Of a stretch of 64,000 bases of DNA, positions 45,517 to 55,914 are shown one piece after another. A model generated the notes under the pieces. The model saw nothing but the letters and a program-made list of their open reading frames with translations. It ran no database searches and was not told the origin of the DNA. Source of the stretch: a candidate division TM6 bacterium GW2011_GWF2_32_72 (GTDB lineage: Bacteria; Babelota; Babeliae; Babelales; CAIQNR01); contig CAMCVM010000001.1 of assembly GCA_945882015.1 (NCBI GenBank), forward strand, positions 6,888 to 70,887. Direction: 5' to 3'. Numbering within the stretch: the stretch's first letter is position 1; the number at the start of each line of letters is the position of its first letter. The translations under genes and the position numbers were made by a program.

Positions 45517-46859
45517 CGGGCTCCTCGCGCTTTTAACCTACCTGAAGCTAAAAAACCTTCATAGTTGTGTTCGATTAAATAAGCTTCCATTTGGGAAGCT
45601 GTTTCAAGAGCAACACCTACCACAATCAACAATGCTGTACCACCCAATAAAAAAGGCATTTTTTGAGCGCCAACCACTGCGATCATAATATTTGGTAATG
45701 CTGCAAGAATCGCTAAATAAATCGATCCTACAAGACCTAGGCGAGTTAAGATGTTATCAAAAAACTCTGCTGTTTTTTTACCTGGTCGTATTCCAGGAAT
45801 AAATCCACCATTCTTTTTAATGCCATCAGCTAACTCTATTGGATTAAAAATCAATGCTGTGTAGAAAAAATAAAACGCAACAATTAAAACAAATTGTATA
45901 ACGTTATAAATTAATCCAGTTTGGCCAAGATTTTTTGAAATTATACCTAAGATTGCAAATTTTTCAGAAAGCATCCCAAAAACCGCAATTGGCACGTTCA
46001 TAATAGATCCTGCAAGAATAACTGGCATTACACCGGCGCTGTTAATCTTAAAAGGAATATAAGAACTTTGACCTCCAAAAACACGATTACCAATAATTCT
46101 TCGTGCATATTGTACTGGAATCTTACGTTCGCCCTTTTCTAAGAAGATAATACAAATGGTGATTGCGATTAAAGTAAGCCAAATAGCTGCCGCTATAAAC
46201 CAATTCATACCAGGCAAACTTCCTTGATACAAAATACCACTTTGAGCATACTCAATAGTACGTAATACATATCCAGGAAAACGAGCAACAATACCTGCGA
46301 AAATAATCATGGAACTGCCATTACCAATTCCAAATAATGAAACTTGTTCACCAAGCCACATAACTATCATACAACCGACAGTTAATGACAACACAAACAT
46401 AAATCTAAAACCCCATCCAGGATTTAAGACAAGTCCTTGTGATTCAAGAGCAATTGCATACATAAAGCTATAAACCAAACTTAAACCAAATGCTAAATAA
46501 CGAGTGTATTGGTTAATAATTTTACGACCATAATCGCCTTCTTTTGCTAACTGTTCAAAATAAGGAACAGTAAATCCAAGGATTTGCATCATAATTGAAG
46601 CAGTAATGTATGGAGAGATTCCTAGAGCAAAAACGGTACTTTGTGCTAACGCACCCCCAGAAAAAACATCAAGATAGCCAAGTAATTTACCCAAATTTGT
46701 TGCTTGCTTAATGATTTCAGCAAGTCCTACCGTATCAACGCCTATAACAGGAATATGAACCCCTATTCTGTAAACGACTAATACACCTAATGTAAAAAAT
46801 AATTTTTTACGCAAATCTGAGATTGAGAAAATATTTCTTAAGGTACGTAACAACATCAC
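45513..46859 (-). CDS. secY: preprotein translocase SecY
   Basis: ALGISPYITASI, GIGNGSS, AGVMPVI, FIPGIRPG, GGTALLIVVGV. Confidence 0.98.
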   Translation of the reverse strand: MMLLRTLRNIFSISDLRKKLFFTLGVLVVYRIGVHIPVIGVDTVGLAEIIKQATNLGKLLGYLDVFSGGALAQSTVFALGISPYITASIMMQILGFTVPYFEQLAKEGDYGRKIINQYTRYLAFGLSLVYSFMYAIALESQGLVLNPGWGFRFMFVLSLTVGCMIVMWLGEQVSLFGIGNGSSMIIFAGIVARFPGYVLRTIEYAQSGILYQGSLPGMNWFIAAAIWLTLIAITICIIFLEKGERKIPVQYARRIIGNRVFGGQSSYIPFKINSAGVMPVILAGSIMNVPIAVFGMLSEKFAILGIISKNLGQTGLIYNVIQFVLIVAFYFFYTALIFNPIELADGIKKNGGFIPGIRPGKKTAEFFDNILTRLGLVGSIYLAILAALPNIMIAVVGAQKMPFLLGGTALLIVVGVALETASQMEAYLIEHNYEGFLASGRLKARGAR

Positions 46860-46863
46860 GTTT

Positions 46864-47313
46864 TTAAACTCCTTTTATAAGAGTAACATCACCACCACAC
46901 GATCTTATTTTTTCTAAAGCAGGAAGACTACATGCATCAACTGTAACAGTTAACTTTTTAGAGAAATCTCCGTTGCCAAGAACTTTAACACCGCATTTAA
47001 CATTTTTAAGAAGACCCTTTTTTACTAAATCTTCTTTAGTTACAACTTGCCCACTTTCAAAAAGTAATTCAAGTTGTCCTAATTGTATTAATTCATATTC
47101 AACTTTAAAACGCCCGTTAGTAAAACCACGTCTTGGAAGTCGACGATGCAAAGGCATTTGTCCACCTTCAAATGCTGATCTTAATTTTCTACCAGCGCCT
47201 GAACGAGCTTTTTGACCCTTTGTACCTTTACCAGAAGTTCCACCTCTGCTACCACCGCGACCAATACGTTTTCTTTTTTTTGTAACCGGCACTCGCTCAT
47301 TAAGATTAAACAT
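46864..47313 (-). CDS. rplO: 50S ribosomal protein L15
   Basis: RIGRG...GQKARSG...FEGGQMPLHRRLP. Confidence 0.97.
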   Translation of the reverse strand: MFNLNERVPVTKKRKRIGRGGSRGGTSGKGTKGQKARSGAGRKLRSAFEGGQMPLHRRLPRRGFTNGRFKVEYELIQLGQLELLFESGQVVTKEDLVKKGLLKNVKCGVKVLGNGDFSKKLTVTVDACSLPALEKIRSCGGDVTLIKGV

Positions 47314-47830
47314 TGCTGCCTTTCATAATTTGTTCTGGAGTTTTGCCACGTAGTTTTGCAACTTGCCCTAAAGAACGTAATTGTGCTAACGCATTTAAGG
47401 TTGCTTTCACAACGTTCATACGGTTAGATGCACCAAATGATTTAGCCAACACATCTTTAATTCCAAGCGCTTCCATTACCATTCGAACTGCTCCGCCAGC
47501 AATTACGCCAGTACCTTTTGAAGCTGAACGAAGTAAAACAGAACTTGCACCATGTTTTCCTAATGCATTGTAAGGTAAAGTTTCACCACGTAAAGGAATT
47601 TCAATTAAATTCTTACGCGCTCTGTTAGTCGCTTTTGCAATAGCAGAAGAAACTTCACGACTTTTTCCAAGTGCAACACCAACTTTGCCTTTTTGATCAC
47701 CAGTTACAACTAATGCAGAGAATGAGAAACGTTTTCCACCTTTTGTTACTTTTGTAACACGGCGAACATTTACTACATGATCTACAAATACGTTATCTGA
47801 ATGGTTCTCTTGATTGCCTTTTCCGGCCAT
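47306..47830 (-). CDS. rpsE: 30S ribosomal protein S5
   Basis: RVTKVTKGGKRFSF, GTGVIAGG. Confidence 0.97.
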   Translation of the reverse strand: MAGKGNQENHSDNVFVDHVVNVRRVTKVTKGGKRFSFSALVVTGDQKGKVGVALGKSREVSSAIAKATNRARKNLIEIPLRGETLPYNALGKHGASSVLLRSASKGTGVIAGGAVRMVMEALGIKDVLAKSFGASNRMNVVKATLNALAQLRSLGQVAKLRGKTPEQIMKGSNV

Positions 47831-47851
47831 GTTCTTCAATCCTTATCGTTA

Positions 47852-48205
47852 CTAAACCTGTACACCGCCTGCGCGGAGTCCATCCGCTAACGCTTTTACT
47901 CTACCATGAAACAAAAATCTGCCTCGATCAAAGCATACTTTTTGAATGCCTTTTTCTAATGCTCTTTTTGCCAACTCTGCACCAACCGCTGTTGCTACAT
48001 CAGTTTTAGTACCTGTTGCCTTAACGTCTAATGAAGAACAACTTACTAAAGTTTGATGCTGTGAATCATCAATAATTTGTGCATAAATTTGTTTTAAACT
48101 TCTGAACACGCTAACACGAGCAAGCGTTGTATCTCTTCGTAATCTATTGCGAACACGCAATTGCTTACTTCTTCTTCGTCTTTTTATATTTTTTGCTACG
48201 GACAC
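47852..48205 (-). CDS. rplR: 50S ribosomal protein L18
   Basis: [27 protein letters not shown]. Confidence 0.97.
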   Translation of the reverse strand: MSVAKNIKRRRRSKQLRVRNRLRRDTTLARVSVFRSLKQIYAQIIDDSQHQTLVSCSSLDVKATGTKTDVATAVGAELAKRALEKGIQKVCFDRGRFLFHGRVKALADGLRAGGVQV

Positions 48206-48226
48206 GATTCAATCCTCGCTATTTTA

Positions 48227-48766
48227 TTACGCAGATTTTGCCTTACCAGCCTTCTTAATAACAACATCAGTTGTTACACGAACTCCGGTACCTTTATAAG
48301 GTTCTGTTGGTTTTAATTTTCGTAAATCACCACACATCTTACCCAAAATTTCTCGATTTGCTGATTTAAAAGTAAGAAGTTGACCTGTTTTATCAATTTC
48401 AACAACTACATCTTTTGGTAATCCAACTTCAATTTTATGACTAAATCCAAGATTGAATTCTAGAACATTACCTTTAGCAAGCGCTTTATACCCTAACCCA
48501 ACAATTTGTACTTTTTTTTCAAATAAAGTACCAGATCCAACTATTTTATTTGAGAGTAATGCTCTATGCAGCCCCCAAACTTGACGTGTGTCACGAGAAT
48601 TTTCTTTTGCAACAAGAAATAATTTTCCATCGTTTACTGTTGCTTCAAGTTCATTTGGTAAGTGATGCACACCAGCAGCATGCGCTCCAGTAAAATGAAC
48701 GTCTTGCCCTTTTACCTCAACCTTGACACTACCTAAAACAACTGGTCGTCTTCCAATTTTTGACAT
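48227..48766 (-). CDS. rplF: 50S ribosomal protein L6
   Basis: MSKIGRRP, GLGYK, LGFSH, EPYKGTG. Confidence 0.97.
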   Translation of the reverse strand: MSKIGRRPVVLGSVKVEVKGQDVHFTGAHAAGVHHLPNELEATVNDGKLFLVAKENSRDTRQVWGLHRALLSNKIVGSGTLFEKKVQIVGLGYKALAKGNVLEFNLGFSHKIEVGLPKDVVVEIDKTGQLLTFKSANREILGKMCGDLRKLKPTEPYKGTGVRVTTDVVIKKAGKAKSA

Positions 48767-48774
48767 GTTTATCC

Positions 48775-49176
48775 CTACCAAACTCTACAGATTAATTCGC
48801 CGCCAACAAAAACATTCTTGTCTCGAGCTTGTTTATCAGTAATTACACCACGATTGGTAGACAATATAGAAATTCCTAATCCACCAATAGTCGGTTTAAT
48901 ATTTTTTACTTTTTCATAAATACGCCGACTTGGCTTACTTACACGATCAATTGAATGAATAGCTGATTCGCCACCAACATATTTAAACGTGACTTTTAAA
49001 CGTTTTTTATTTTCATCCAATGTCACTGCTTCAACATGAGCAATGAACCCTTCTTGTACTAAAATTTTCGCTATTGCCATATTCATTCTTGAATTTGGAG
49101 CAAGAGCAAAAGGCTTAGAAGCCATAATGGCATTACGTATAATAGTTAAAAAATTTCCAATTGTATCAATCGACAT
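48775..49176 (-). CDS. rpsH: 30S ribosomal protein S8
   Basis: LTIIRNA, RVSKPSRRIY, GLGISILST, GGE. Confidence 0.97.
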   Translation of the reverse strand: MSIDTIGNFLTIIRNAIMASKPFALAPNSRMNMAIAKILVQEGFIAHVEAVTLDENKKRLKVTFKYVGGESAIHSIDRVSKPSRRIYEKVKNIKPTIGGLGISILSTNRGVITDKQARDKNVFVGGELICRVW

Positions 49177-49201
49177 GTCAGCCTTCCTTAAACGCCTAAC
49201 T

Positions 49202-49507
49202 TTACCAACTTGTTTTCTTTACGCCTGGCAAAAACCCTAGTAATGCCAATTCACGAAACTTAATTCTTGAGAGATTAAATAATCCCATATACCCACGTGG
49301 CCTTCCTGTTAAAGCACAACGATTTCTGATCCTAACAGGACTTGCATTACGAGGAATTTTTCGAAATTCTGCTTGAGCTGCTAATCGTTCTTCCATTGGA
49401 AGTGAACGATTTTTTACTCGCTCTTTAAGTTCCAACCGCTTTTTATCGTGAAGAGCAGCAAGTCGGATACGTTTCTTATTTTTTTCTATTGACGATGTCT
49501 TTGCCAT
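49202..49507 (-). CDS. rpsN: 30S ribosomal protein S14 (long, Zn-independent C- type)
   Basis: 101 aa; PRNASPVRIRNRCALTGRPRG, LSRIKFRE. Confidence 0.97.
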   Translation of the reverse strand: MAKTSSIEKNKKRIRLAALHDKKRLELKERVKNRSLPMEERLAAQAEFRKIPRNASPVRIRNRCALTGRPRGYMGLFNLSRIKFRELALLGFLPGVKKTSW

Positions 49508-49518
49508 AGCTATTTACC

Positions 49519-50073
49519 TTACTTATCTTTTGAAGAACGGAACGGCATATTAAAACTTTTCAACAAGGCATATGCGTGTGCATCATTTTTTGCCGAAGTA
49601 TGAATAGTAATATTAAATCCATAAACTTTTTCATTTGATACTGTTTCAGCTTCTGGAAATACTGACCATTCTTTAATACCCAAATTATAATTTCCGCGTC
49701 GATCAAGCTTTGGACTTACGCCACGAAAATCTCTTACGTTCGGTAAAGCAATATTGATCAATCTATCAAGAAATTCATACATTCTTTTACGTCGCAAAGT
49801 AACCATTGCACCCAAAGGCATGCCTTCACGGATCTTAAATCCTGCAATAGATTTCTTTGCTTTAGTAATAACCGGGCTTTGACCAGCAATTTCTCCAATT
49901 ACCTTTGCAATCCGTTGCAACACACGACTATCAGCAACAGCTTCTTTTACCCCGATGTTAATAACAATTTTTTTAATTTCAGGTACCGACATTACGTTAT
50001 CAAGAGCTAATTCTTTTTGTAAGTTAGCCTTGATTGTTTTACGATACAACTGTTCTAAACGAGCACTTGTCAT
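49519..50073 (-). CDS. rplE: 50S ribosomal protein L5
   Basis: Start reassigned to MTSARL after AAGGA; KIVINIG, AKKSIAGFKIREG, VTLR. Confidence 0.97.
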   Translation of the reverse strand: MTSARLEQLYRKTIKANLQKELALDNVMSVPEIKKIVINIGVKEAVADSRVLQRIAKVIGEIAGQSPVITKAKKSIAGFKIREGMPLGAMVTLRRKRMYEFLDRLINIALPNVRDFRGVSPKLDRRGNYNLGIKEWSVFPEAETVSNEKVYGFNITIHTSAKNDAHAYALLKSFNMPFRSSKDK

Positions 50074-50101
50074 GCTATTATCCTTACGTGTCCTACAACT
50101 T

Positions 50102-50413
50102 TTACATAACTTCTTTGCATTGACCACACACCCGCGCTTTTTTTCCATCTTTAAGCTCAAGAGCTCCCACGCGACATGGTTTTTTGCAAGAAGGACAAAT
50201 TGGCATTACTTTTGAAAGACAAATGTATGACTCTTCTCTCTTGATCCCAGGAATATCTCCCTGTTTTCGAGCTTTTACATGTCGAATTGTAACCGCCACA
50301 TCCTTAACCATTATTTTACCTGTTTTAGGTGAAATAGCAATCACAGAAGAGGTTTTACCTTTATCTTTTCCAGAAATAACTAAAACTTTATCATTTTTCT
50401 TTACGCGCATCAT
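50102..50413 (-). CDS. rplX: 50S ribosomal protein L24
   Basis: VKKNDKVLVISGKDKGK; C-terminal CPSC...CGQC. Confidence 0.97.
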   Translation of the reverse strand: MMRVKKNDKVLVISGKDKGKTSSVIAISPKTGKIMVKDVAVTIRHVKARKQGDIPGIKREESYICLSKVMPICPSCKKPCRVGALELKDGKKARVCGQCKEVM

Positions 50414-50429
50414 TTTTTTGTACCTCTAT

Positions 50430-50810
50430 TTAAACCACTTCAGGAGCCAAAGAAACAATCTTTGGATACCCTTTGTATCCAGCGCGAGGACGAATCTCAC
50501 GAGCGATTGGTCCAAATATACGTGTTGCAACCGGTTCATCTTCTTTATTGATGATTACCGCTGCATTTTCACTAAATCTTATCCAACTACCATCTTCGCG
50601 TTGTATTTCTTTTCTTGTGCGAACAATAACGGCTGTTACTACATCGCTCTTTTTAACTCCGCCACCAGGAATTGCTTTTTTTACTGCACATTTAATTTTA
50701 TCACCCAAACGTGCAAAACGTTTTCTTGTGCTTCCAATGACATGAATACATTGAAGCAACTTTGCACCTGAGTTATCTGCAACTTCTAAGTAAGTTTGTT
50801 TTTGTATCAT
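50430..50810 (-). CDS. rplN: 50S ribosomal protein L14
   Basis: [23 protein letters not shown]. Confidence 0.98.
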   Translation of the reverse strand: MIQKQTYLEVADNSGAKLLQCIHVIGSTRKRFARLGDKIKCAVKKAIPGGGVKKSDVVTAVIVRTRKEIQREDGSWIRFSENAAVIINKEDEPVATRIFGPIAREIRPRAGYKGYPKIVSLAPEVV

Positions 50811-50828
50811 TTTTTTCCTCAGTTTGCC

Positions 50829-51092
50829 TTACACTGTTTGACGTGAAACAACACGTGCTAAATACATATACTTAGTCTTAGCCAATGGTCGACCTTCAAA
50901 AAACTCGACAACATCCCCAACAACTGCCTCGCTTTTTTCATCATGCACTTTATAATTTTTCTGTGCTTTCAAGACTTTTCCGAAGATAGGGTGCTTTAAT
51001 GTTCTGGTTGTTTTAACAATAATAGTTTTATCCATTTTGTCAGAAATAACCTCTCCCAGAAAAATTCGTCGTGTTTTTTTACTTGTTTCCAT
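50829..51092 (-). CDS. rpsQ: 30S ribosomal protein S17
   Basis: GEVISDKMDKTI, HP, HDE, RPLAKTK. Confidence 0.97.
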   Translation of the reverse strand: METSKKTRRIFLGEVISDKMDKTIIVKTTRTLKHPIFGKVLKAQKNYKVHDEKSEAVVGDVVEFFEGRPLAKTKYMYLARVVSRQTV

Positions 51093-51098
51093 ACCGTA

Positions 51099-51332
51099 CT
51101 ATTCCTTATGAGCAACCGTGGTTTGCACGTCTACTTGAGATTTTTGTCCAAGCAAGGTCAAACTACGTGCAATATTTTTACGTAATTTCTTAAATTGAGA
51201 GTAATCTTTGATATGCGTTGTTGAAGAACTTAAACGCAATCCAAATAATTCTCTTCTTAAATCTTCAACTTTAGTTTCGAGCTCTTTTGTACCCAAACCA
51301 CTCAACTTTTGCATAGCTTTATGCGACAACAT
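51099..51332 (-). CDS. rpmC: 50S ribosomal protein L29
   Basis: ELFGLR...LRKNIAR; start at MLSHK after GAGGAG. Confidence 0.93.
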   Translation of the reverse strand: MLSHKAMQKLSGLGTKELETKVEDLRRELFGLRLSSSTTHIKDYSQFKKLRKNIARSLTLLGQKSQVDVQTTVAHKE

Positions 51333-51750
51333 TTGGTTGCTCCTCTTGTTTTTTAACAACACGAACTTTTAGAGGAAGTTTTGAAGCAGCAAGACGGAAA
51401 ATTTCTCGTGCTTTAGTTTCAGAAACTCCTGAAATTTCACAGAAAATTCTACCTCTTTTAACTACTGCAACCCAAACTTCAGTTGAACCTTTTCCTTTAC
51501 CCATACGAGTTTCGGCAGGTTTTTTACTAACTGGTTTATCAGGAAAAAGACGAAGGAAAAATTCACCTTCTTTTTTCAATTTTCTTGACATGGTCACACG
51601 CATCGCTTCAATTTGCTGAGCTGTCACCCATGCCGGCGTTAAAGCTTCTAACCCGAATTGACCAAATGCAACAGTACGGCATCCTTTAGAGATTCCCTTA
51701 CGTCTTCCTCGTTGCATTTTTCTAAATTTTGTTTTTTTTGGCATCAACAT
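51319..51750 (-). CDS. rplP: 50S ribosomal protein L16
   Basis: [25 protein letters not shown]. Confidence 0.98.
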   Translation of the reverse strand: MLMPKKTKFRKMQRGRRKGISKGCRTVAFGQFGLEALTPAWVTAQQIEAMRVTMSRKLKKEGEFFLRLFPDKPVSKKPAETRMGKGKGSTEVWVAVVKRGRIFCEISGVSETKAREIFRLAASKLPLKVRVVKKQEEQPNVVA

Positions 51751-51774
51751 GACATATCTTTCAACAGTTTAATT

Positions 51775-52407
51775 TCATGCAAATTGGTATTCGCCGCGAC
51801 CAATCCAAACCTTCACACCAATTTTACCATAAGTAGTATTAGCTTCTGCAAAGCCATAATCAATATCAGCTCGCAAAGTATGTAAAGGAACAGAACCAGT
51901 ACGCATCCATTCTTTTCGTGCAATTTCAGCACCATTTAAACGACCACCACAACAGATCTTAATACCAGTTGCACCAGCACGCATAGTATTTGTTGTTGAT
52001 CGCTTCATTGCCTTTTTAAAACTTCCACGTTTTTCAAGTTGCTCAGCAATGCTTTTTGCTACTAATGTTGCATCCAAATCAGCATTTTTTACTTCTTGCA
52101 CAGATACTTCAATTGAATTTTTACCAGTCAATTTTGCAATATCTTTACGAAGGACATCTATATCCTGTCCTTTTTTCCCAATAACAAGTCCTGGACGACC
52201 AGAGTGAATAATTACTTTAATGCTGTCACCCGCTTTTTCGATTTCAACCCGAGCAACTTCAGCATGCTTAAGGTTTTTATCGACAAATCTACGAATAACT
52301 AAATCTTCAAGCAATTGTTGACCATAGCTACGACGAGCAAACCATTTAGCATCCCAGTCTCTGTACACTCCGATTCTAAAGCCTTTTGGGTTAACCTTTT
52401 GTCCCAT
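51775..52407 (-). CDS. rpsC: 30S ribosomal protein S3
   Basis: [42 protein letters not shown]. Confidence 0.98.
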   Translation of the reverse strand: MGQKVNPKGFRIGVYRDWDAKWFARRSYGQQLLEDLVIRRFVDKNLKHAEVARVEIEKAGDSIKVIIHSGRPGLVIGKKGQDIDVLRKDIAKLTGKNSIEVSVQEVKNADLDATLVAKSIAEQLEKRGSFKKAMKRSTTNTMRAGATGIKICCGGRLNGAEIARKEWMRTGSVPLHTLRADIDYGFAEANTTYGKIGVKVWIGRGEYQFA

Positions 52408-52408
52408 A

Positions 52409-52762
52409 CTACGCCTTCCTCGTTGTTGCAGATTTTTGTTCTAAAATCACACTGATGTGACTAAAACGTTTCTTTTGTTCTGACGCTCGCCCCATTGCTC
52501 CAGGCTTGAAATAACGGTGTGTGCGTCCTTCATCAACTTTAATTTCTTTAATACATAAATTCTCTAACTCAACCCCTTGCAAATTTCTTGCGTTAGCGGC
52601 TGCTGATTCAATCACTTTTTGTAATGGCGATACACGCTTTGTTCTATGCGTGGCCAACCAACCAAGTGCGTAATCAACACCCTTACCGCGCACCACATCA
52701 GCGAGTGGGCGAAGTTTGTAGGGAGAGAAAGGAATTCGTTTTGCTTTTGCTACAAATTGCAT
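52409..52762 (-). CDS. rplV: 50S ribosomal protein L22
   Basis: SPYKLR...SAAANA...VDEG...SHI; start at MQF. Confidence 0.96.
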   Translation of the reverse strand: MQFVAKAKRIPFSPYKLRPLADVVRGKGVDYALGWLATHRTKRVSPLQKVIESAAANARNLQGVELENLCIKEIKVDEGRTHRYFKPGAMGRASEQKKRFSHISVILEQKSATTRKA

Positions 52763-52816
52763 ATTTGTTGTCCTTGAAAACATCTTTTAGAAGCTGCTTT
52801 TAGCATACCTTATTTA

Positions 52817-53101
52817 TTAACCCTGAGCAACTCCAGCTTTACGTTGTCCACTATGCAATCTGAAGGTTCTGGATGGGGCAAACTCACCAAGGCGATGCCC
52901 TACCATATTTTCAGTAATAAACACAGAAACAAACTTTTTACCATTATGAACCGCAAATGTTAATCCCACAAACTCAGGAAGTACCATACTTCTGCGAGAC
53001 CATGTTTTAATTGGTTCATGTTTTTTTGCCTCTTTTGCCGTGCGTACTTTGTTAAGCAACGAGACATCAACAAATGGGCCTTTTCGTGTTGATCGAGTCA
53101 T
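52817..53101 (-). CDS. rpsS: 30S ribosomal protein S19
   Basis: [23 protein letters not shown]. Confidence 0.98.
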   Translation of the reverse strand: MTRSTRKGPFVDVSLLNKVRTAKEAKKHEPIKTWSRRSMVLPEFVGLTFAVHNGKKFVSVFITENMVGHRLGEFAPSRTFRLHSGQRKAGVAQG

Positions 53102-53122
53102 TATTATTTTCTTCCTACGTTA

Positions 53123-53947
53123 TTACTTATTGCTTTTTCGTCGTCTTAAAATAAGTGGGTTTTTTCTCTTACGAGTACGAGTTCCTTTGCAACCTTTACC
53201 CCAAGGAGATTGTGGATGCTTACCTGATTTTGAACGTCCTTCACCACCACCATGAGGGTGATCAACAGGGTTCATAGCCATACCTCGAACACTTGATCTA
53301 AATCCACGCTGTCTTGTACGACCTGCTTTACCCCAGCTAATATTTTTATAATCAGCATTTCCAAGAGTACCGACAGTCGCCCAACAATCGATATGCACCA
53401 TACGAACTTCACTTGAAGGCATACGTAATGTTGCATATTCTTCTGTTTTTGCCATCAATTGCACAGTAGTTCCTGCGCTTCGAGCAAATGTACCGCCTGA
53501 TCCTGGCTTTACTTCAACGTTGTGAATATTAAAACCTACAGGAATTGCTCTAATAGGAAGACAATTACCTGGTTTAGCTTCAGCAGTTTTTCCCGCAAGA
53601 ATCGTATCTCCAACTTTTAAACCTTCAGGTAACAAAATATAACGTTTTGCGCCATTTCTGTAAGCAACTAACGAAATACGTACGTTACGATTTGGATCAT
53701 ACTCAACTGTTGTAATTTTACCTTCAACGTCACGCAATGTTCTCAAGAAATCAATAACTCGATAACGACGAACAGCTCCACCACCGCGATGACGAACAGT
53801 AATCCGCCCGTATGCATTTCTTCCACCAGATTTTTTTAATCCGATAGAAAGACTTTTATGTGGAGTTGTTGTAGTAATATCGTCAGAAGATAAAAAAGTT
53901 TGAAAGCGTAAAGAAGGGTTTCGTGGTTTTCTTTTAATAATTGCCAT
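53123..53947 (-). CDS. rplB: 50S ribosomal protein L2
   Basis: GRITVRHRGGG, EYDPNR, MNPVDHPHGGGEG. Confidence 0.98.
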   Translation of the reverse strand: MAIIKRKPRNPSLRFQTFLSSDDITTTTPHKSLSIGLKKSGGRNAYGRITVRHRGGGAVRRYRVIDFLRTLRDVEGKITTVEYDPNRNVRISLVAYRNGAKRYILLPEGLKVGDTILAGKTAEAKPGNCLPIRAIPVGFNIHNVEVKPGSGGTFARSAGTTVQLMAKTEEYATLRMPSSEVRMVHIDCWATVGTLGNADYKNISWGKAGRTRQRGFRSSVRGMAMNPVDHPHGGGEGRSKSGKHPQSPWGKGCKGTRTRKRKNPLILRRRKSNK

Positions 53948-53949
53948 TG

Positions 53950-54306
53950 TTACTCCTTACTCGCTTGTGTAACAGGTTGCTCTTGTTGTTGCATCATTGA
54001 AGCATCAAAGCCAGTTTGACCTAATGCATCAATGCTATAACCGTCTTTTAAGGTAATAATAGCTTTTTTAATAGTCTTACCCTTAATCTCTTGTCGTCTA
54101 TTATTCAAGCGTTTTTTGCCTTTACGAATAATAATTCTAATCTTTTCAACTTTAACGTTAAAAAGTTTTTCAAGAGCCTGACGAACAAGTGACTTATTTG
54201 CTTCCATGTGCACTTGCACAATAAGTTGCTTTAACTTGCTATTCAGCTGATAAGCTTTTTCAGTAATTATCGGACCTTTGACAATATCATAAATAGTTAA
54301 ATCCAT
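53950..54306 (-). CDS. rplW: 50S ribosomal protein L23
   Basis: PIITEK, LFNVKV, KKAIITL. Confidence 0.96.
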   Translation of the reverse strand: MDLTIYDIVKGPIITEKAYQLNSKLKQLIVQVHMEANKSLVRQALEKLFNVKVEKIRIIIRKGKKRLNNRRQEIKGKTIKKAIITLKDGYSIDALGQTGFDASMMQQQEQPVTQASKE

Positions 54307-54956
54307 CTTGCCACCATTTCCTTAAAGCTTTCGATATCCTTTTTCAATACAATCCAACGGCTAGCATCTGCTAGATCGTACACGTTTGCTGCATCAAAAA
54401 ATACAATACGCACTGATGGAATATTTGCAAAAGAAGCTGCTGTTAATAAATCGTGTGGTGCTAAAAATAAGTTCACCGGTGTATTAACTAATTGTGCTTG
54501 CTGTAATGCTGAAAAAGCTTGCTTTGTTTGCGGAATCGCACCTTGCAATGACCAATCTAAAGCGATCAATAATTGTTTATCAAGTGCATTCCATACCAAT
54601 GCGCCACCTAATGCTTGACGACTCTTTTTTGTTGTTTTTAATGTACGGGTTCTTTTTTGTGGTCCAAAAATAACACCACCACCACGCCATAATGGAGACG
54701 TTGCAGCACCTGCACGAGCCCTACCTGTTCCTTTTTGTTTCCATGGTTTCTTATTTGAACCAGAAACTTCAGCGCGGCCTTTGCAAGCGACTGTTCCTTG
54801 CCGCCAATTTTGTAACAATTTTCTTACTTCAATAGCAAAGATCTCTGGCACAACTGTTTTTCTTTGTTCTTCAACAAGTCCCAAATCTTTTGGCGACAAC
54901 ATGTGTACTATCTTTGTCTCAGTTGAAACTTTTTTTATTGTTTCTGTTTTAGTCAT
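54297..54956 (-). CDS. rplD: 50S ribosomal protein L4
   Basis: RQGT, KPWKQKGTGRARAG, WRGGGVIFGP. Confidence 0.97.
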   Translation of the reverse strand: MTKTETIKKVSTETKIVHMLSPKDLGLVEEQRKTVVPEIFAIEVRKLLQNWRQGTVACKGRAEVSGSNKKPWKQKGTGRARAGAATSPLWRGGGVIFGPQKRTRTLKTTKKSRQALGGALVWNALDKQLLIALDWSLQGAIPQTKQAFSALQQAQLVNTPVNLFLAPHDLLTAASFANIPSVRIVFFDAANVYDLADASRWIVLKKDIESFKEMVARWI

Positions 54957-55579
54957 GCTTTTACTCCGTTCTGAACAAAGACAACCGATCCTGATTTACC
55001 AGGGACTGCCCCTTTAATAAGAACAAATTGCGCATTTTTTTCAATTTTTACCAATTGAAGGTTTTGAACCGTCTTTTTGATGGCTCCCATGTGACCAGGT
55101 AATCTCTTACCTTTTATCACACGACCACGAGCACGCAAATGACCTACAGAACCTGTACGTCTACCTGTCTTATCTCCGTGACTAGAACAACCACCTTTAA
55201 AATTATGTCGTTTAACCACACCAGCAAACCCACACCCTTTAGTTGTTCCCACAACATCAACAAGTGAGCCTTCTTGAAAGGTTTCAAAGAAGTTAGCATG
55301 TTGGCCTACAGATAATTCTTGAGCATTATCTTGCAACTTAACTTCTTTAACAACTCTAAAAAATCTTTTTAGAGCTTTGCCCCAATCAGCTGAAAATGGC
55401 TGTCCTTCAAAACGCTTTCTAACTAAACCAACCACGACAGCGTTATAACCATCTCGTGCTTGATTCTTTGTGCCAAGCACAAACCAATTTGAAACATCTA
55501 CAACTGTGACAGGTACAACTTTGTTGCCTGCAAACACTTGAGTCATCCCAAGTTTTTTACCAAAAAAACCTTGTGTCAT
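54953..55579 (-). CDS. rplC: 50S ribosomal protein L3
   Basis: GKKLGMTQ, GFAGVVKRH, PGHMG, KGAVPG. Confidence 0.97.
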   Translation of the reverse strand: MTQGFFGKKLGMTQVFAGNKVVPVTVVDVSNWFVLGTKNQARDGYNAVVVGLVRKRFEGQPFSADWGKALKRFFRVVKEVKLQDNAQELSVGQHANFFETFQEGSLVDVVGTTKGCGFAGVVKRHNFKGGCSSHGDKTGRRTGSVGHLRARGRVIKGKRLPGHMGAIKKTVQNLQLVKIEKNAQFVLIKGAVPGKSGSVVFVQNGVKA

Positions 55580-55594
55580 CTTTCTTATTCCCTA

Positions 55595-55900
55595 TCACTT
55601 AATTTCAACATCTACACCAGATGAGATGTTCAACTTCATGAGCGCGTCCATCGTTTGATCTGACGGTGATACAATATCTAAAACTCTTTTATGAGTAGTC
55701 AAATCAAATTGGTCACGCGACTTTTTGTCTATATGTGGTGATCGCAATACAGTAAACACTTTCTTTTTATTAGGCATTGGAACGGGTCCAACAATTTCTG
55801 CACCCGTTCTTTTTGCTGCTAAAACTATTTGCTTTACTGCCTTGTCGAGCAACTGATGATCATATGACTTCAGCGCTAAACGAATTTTTGGCTTTTTCAT
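55595..55900 (-). CDS. rpsJ: 30S ribosomal protein S10
   Basis: [27 protein letters not shown]. Confidence 0.98.
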   Translation of the reverse strand: MKKPKIRLALKSYDHQLLDKAVKQIVLAAKRTGAEIVGPVPMPNKKKVFTVLRSPHIDKKSRDQFDLTTHKRVLDIVSPSDQTMDALMKLNISSGVDVEIK

Positions 55901-55914
55901 CAGTCGATCCTATA

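Noticed and set aside
50074-50160. Extended rplE N-terminus overlapping rplX
   Set aside because: Longest-ORF artefact; homology and RBS start at MTSARL (50073)
50184-50771. 195-aa plus-strand ORF and the many other short antisense or nested ORFs in the track
   Set aside because: Shadow ORFs of conserved genes (rplX/rplN, gatA, tuf, sbcC etc.), with no RBS or motifs
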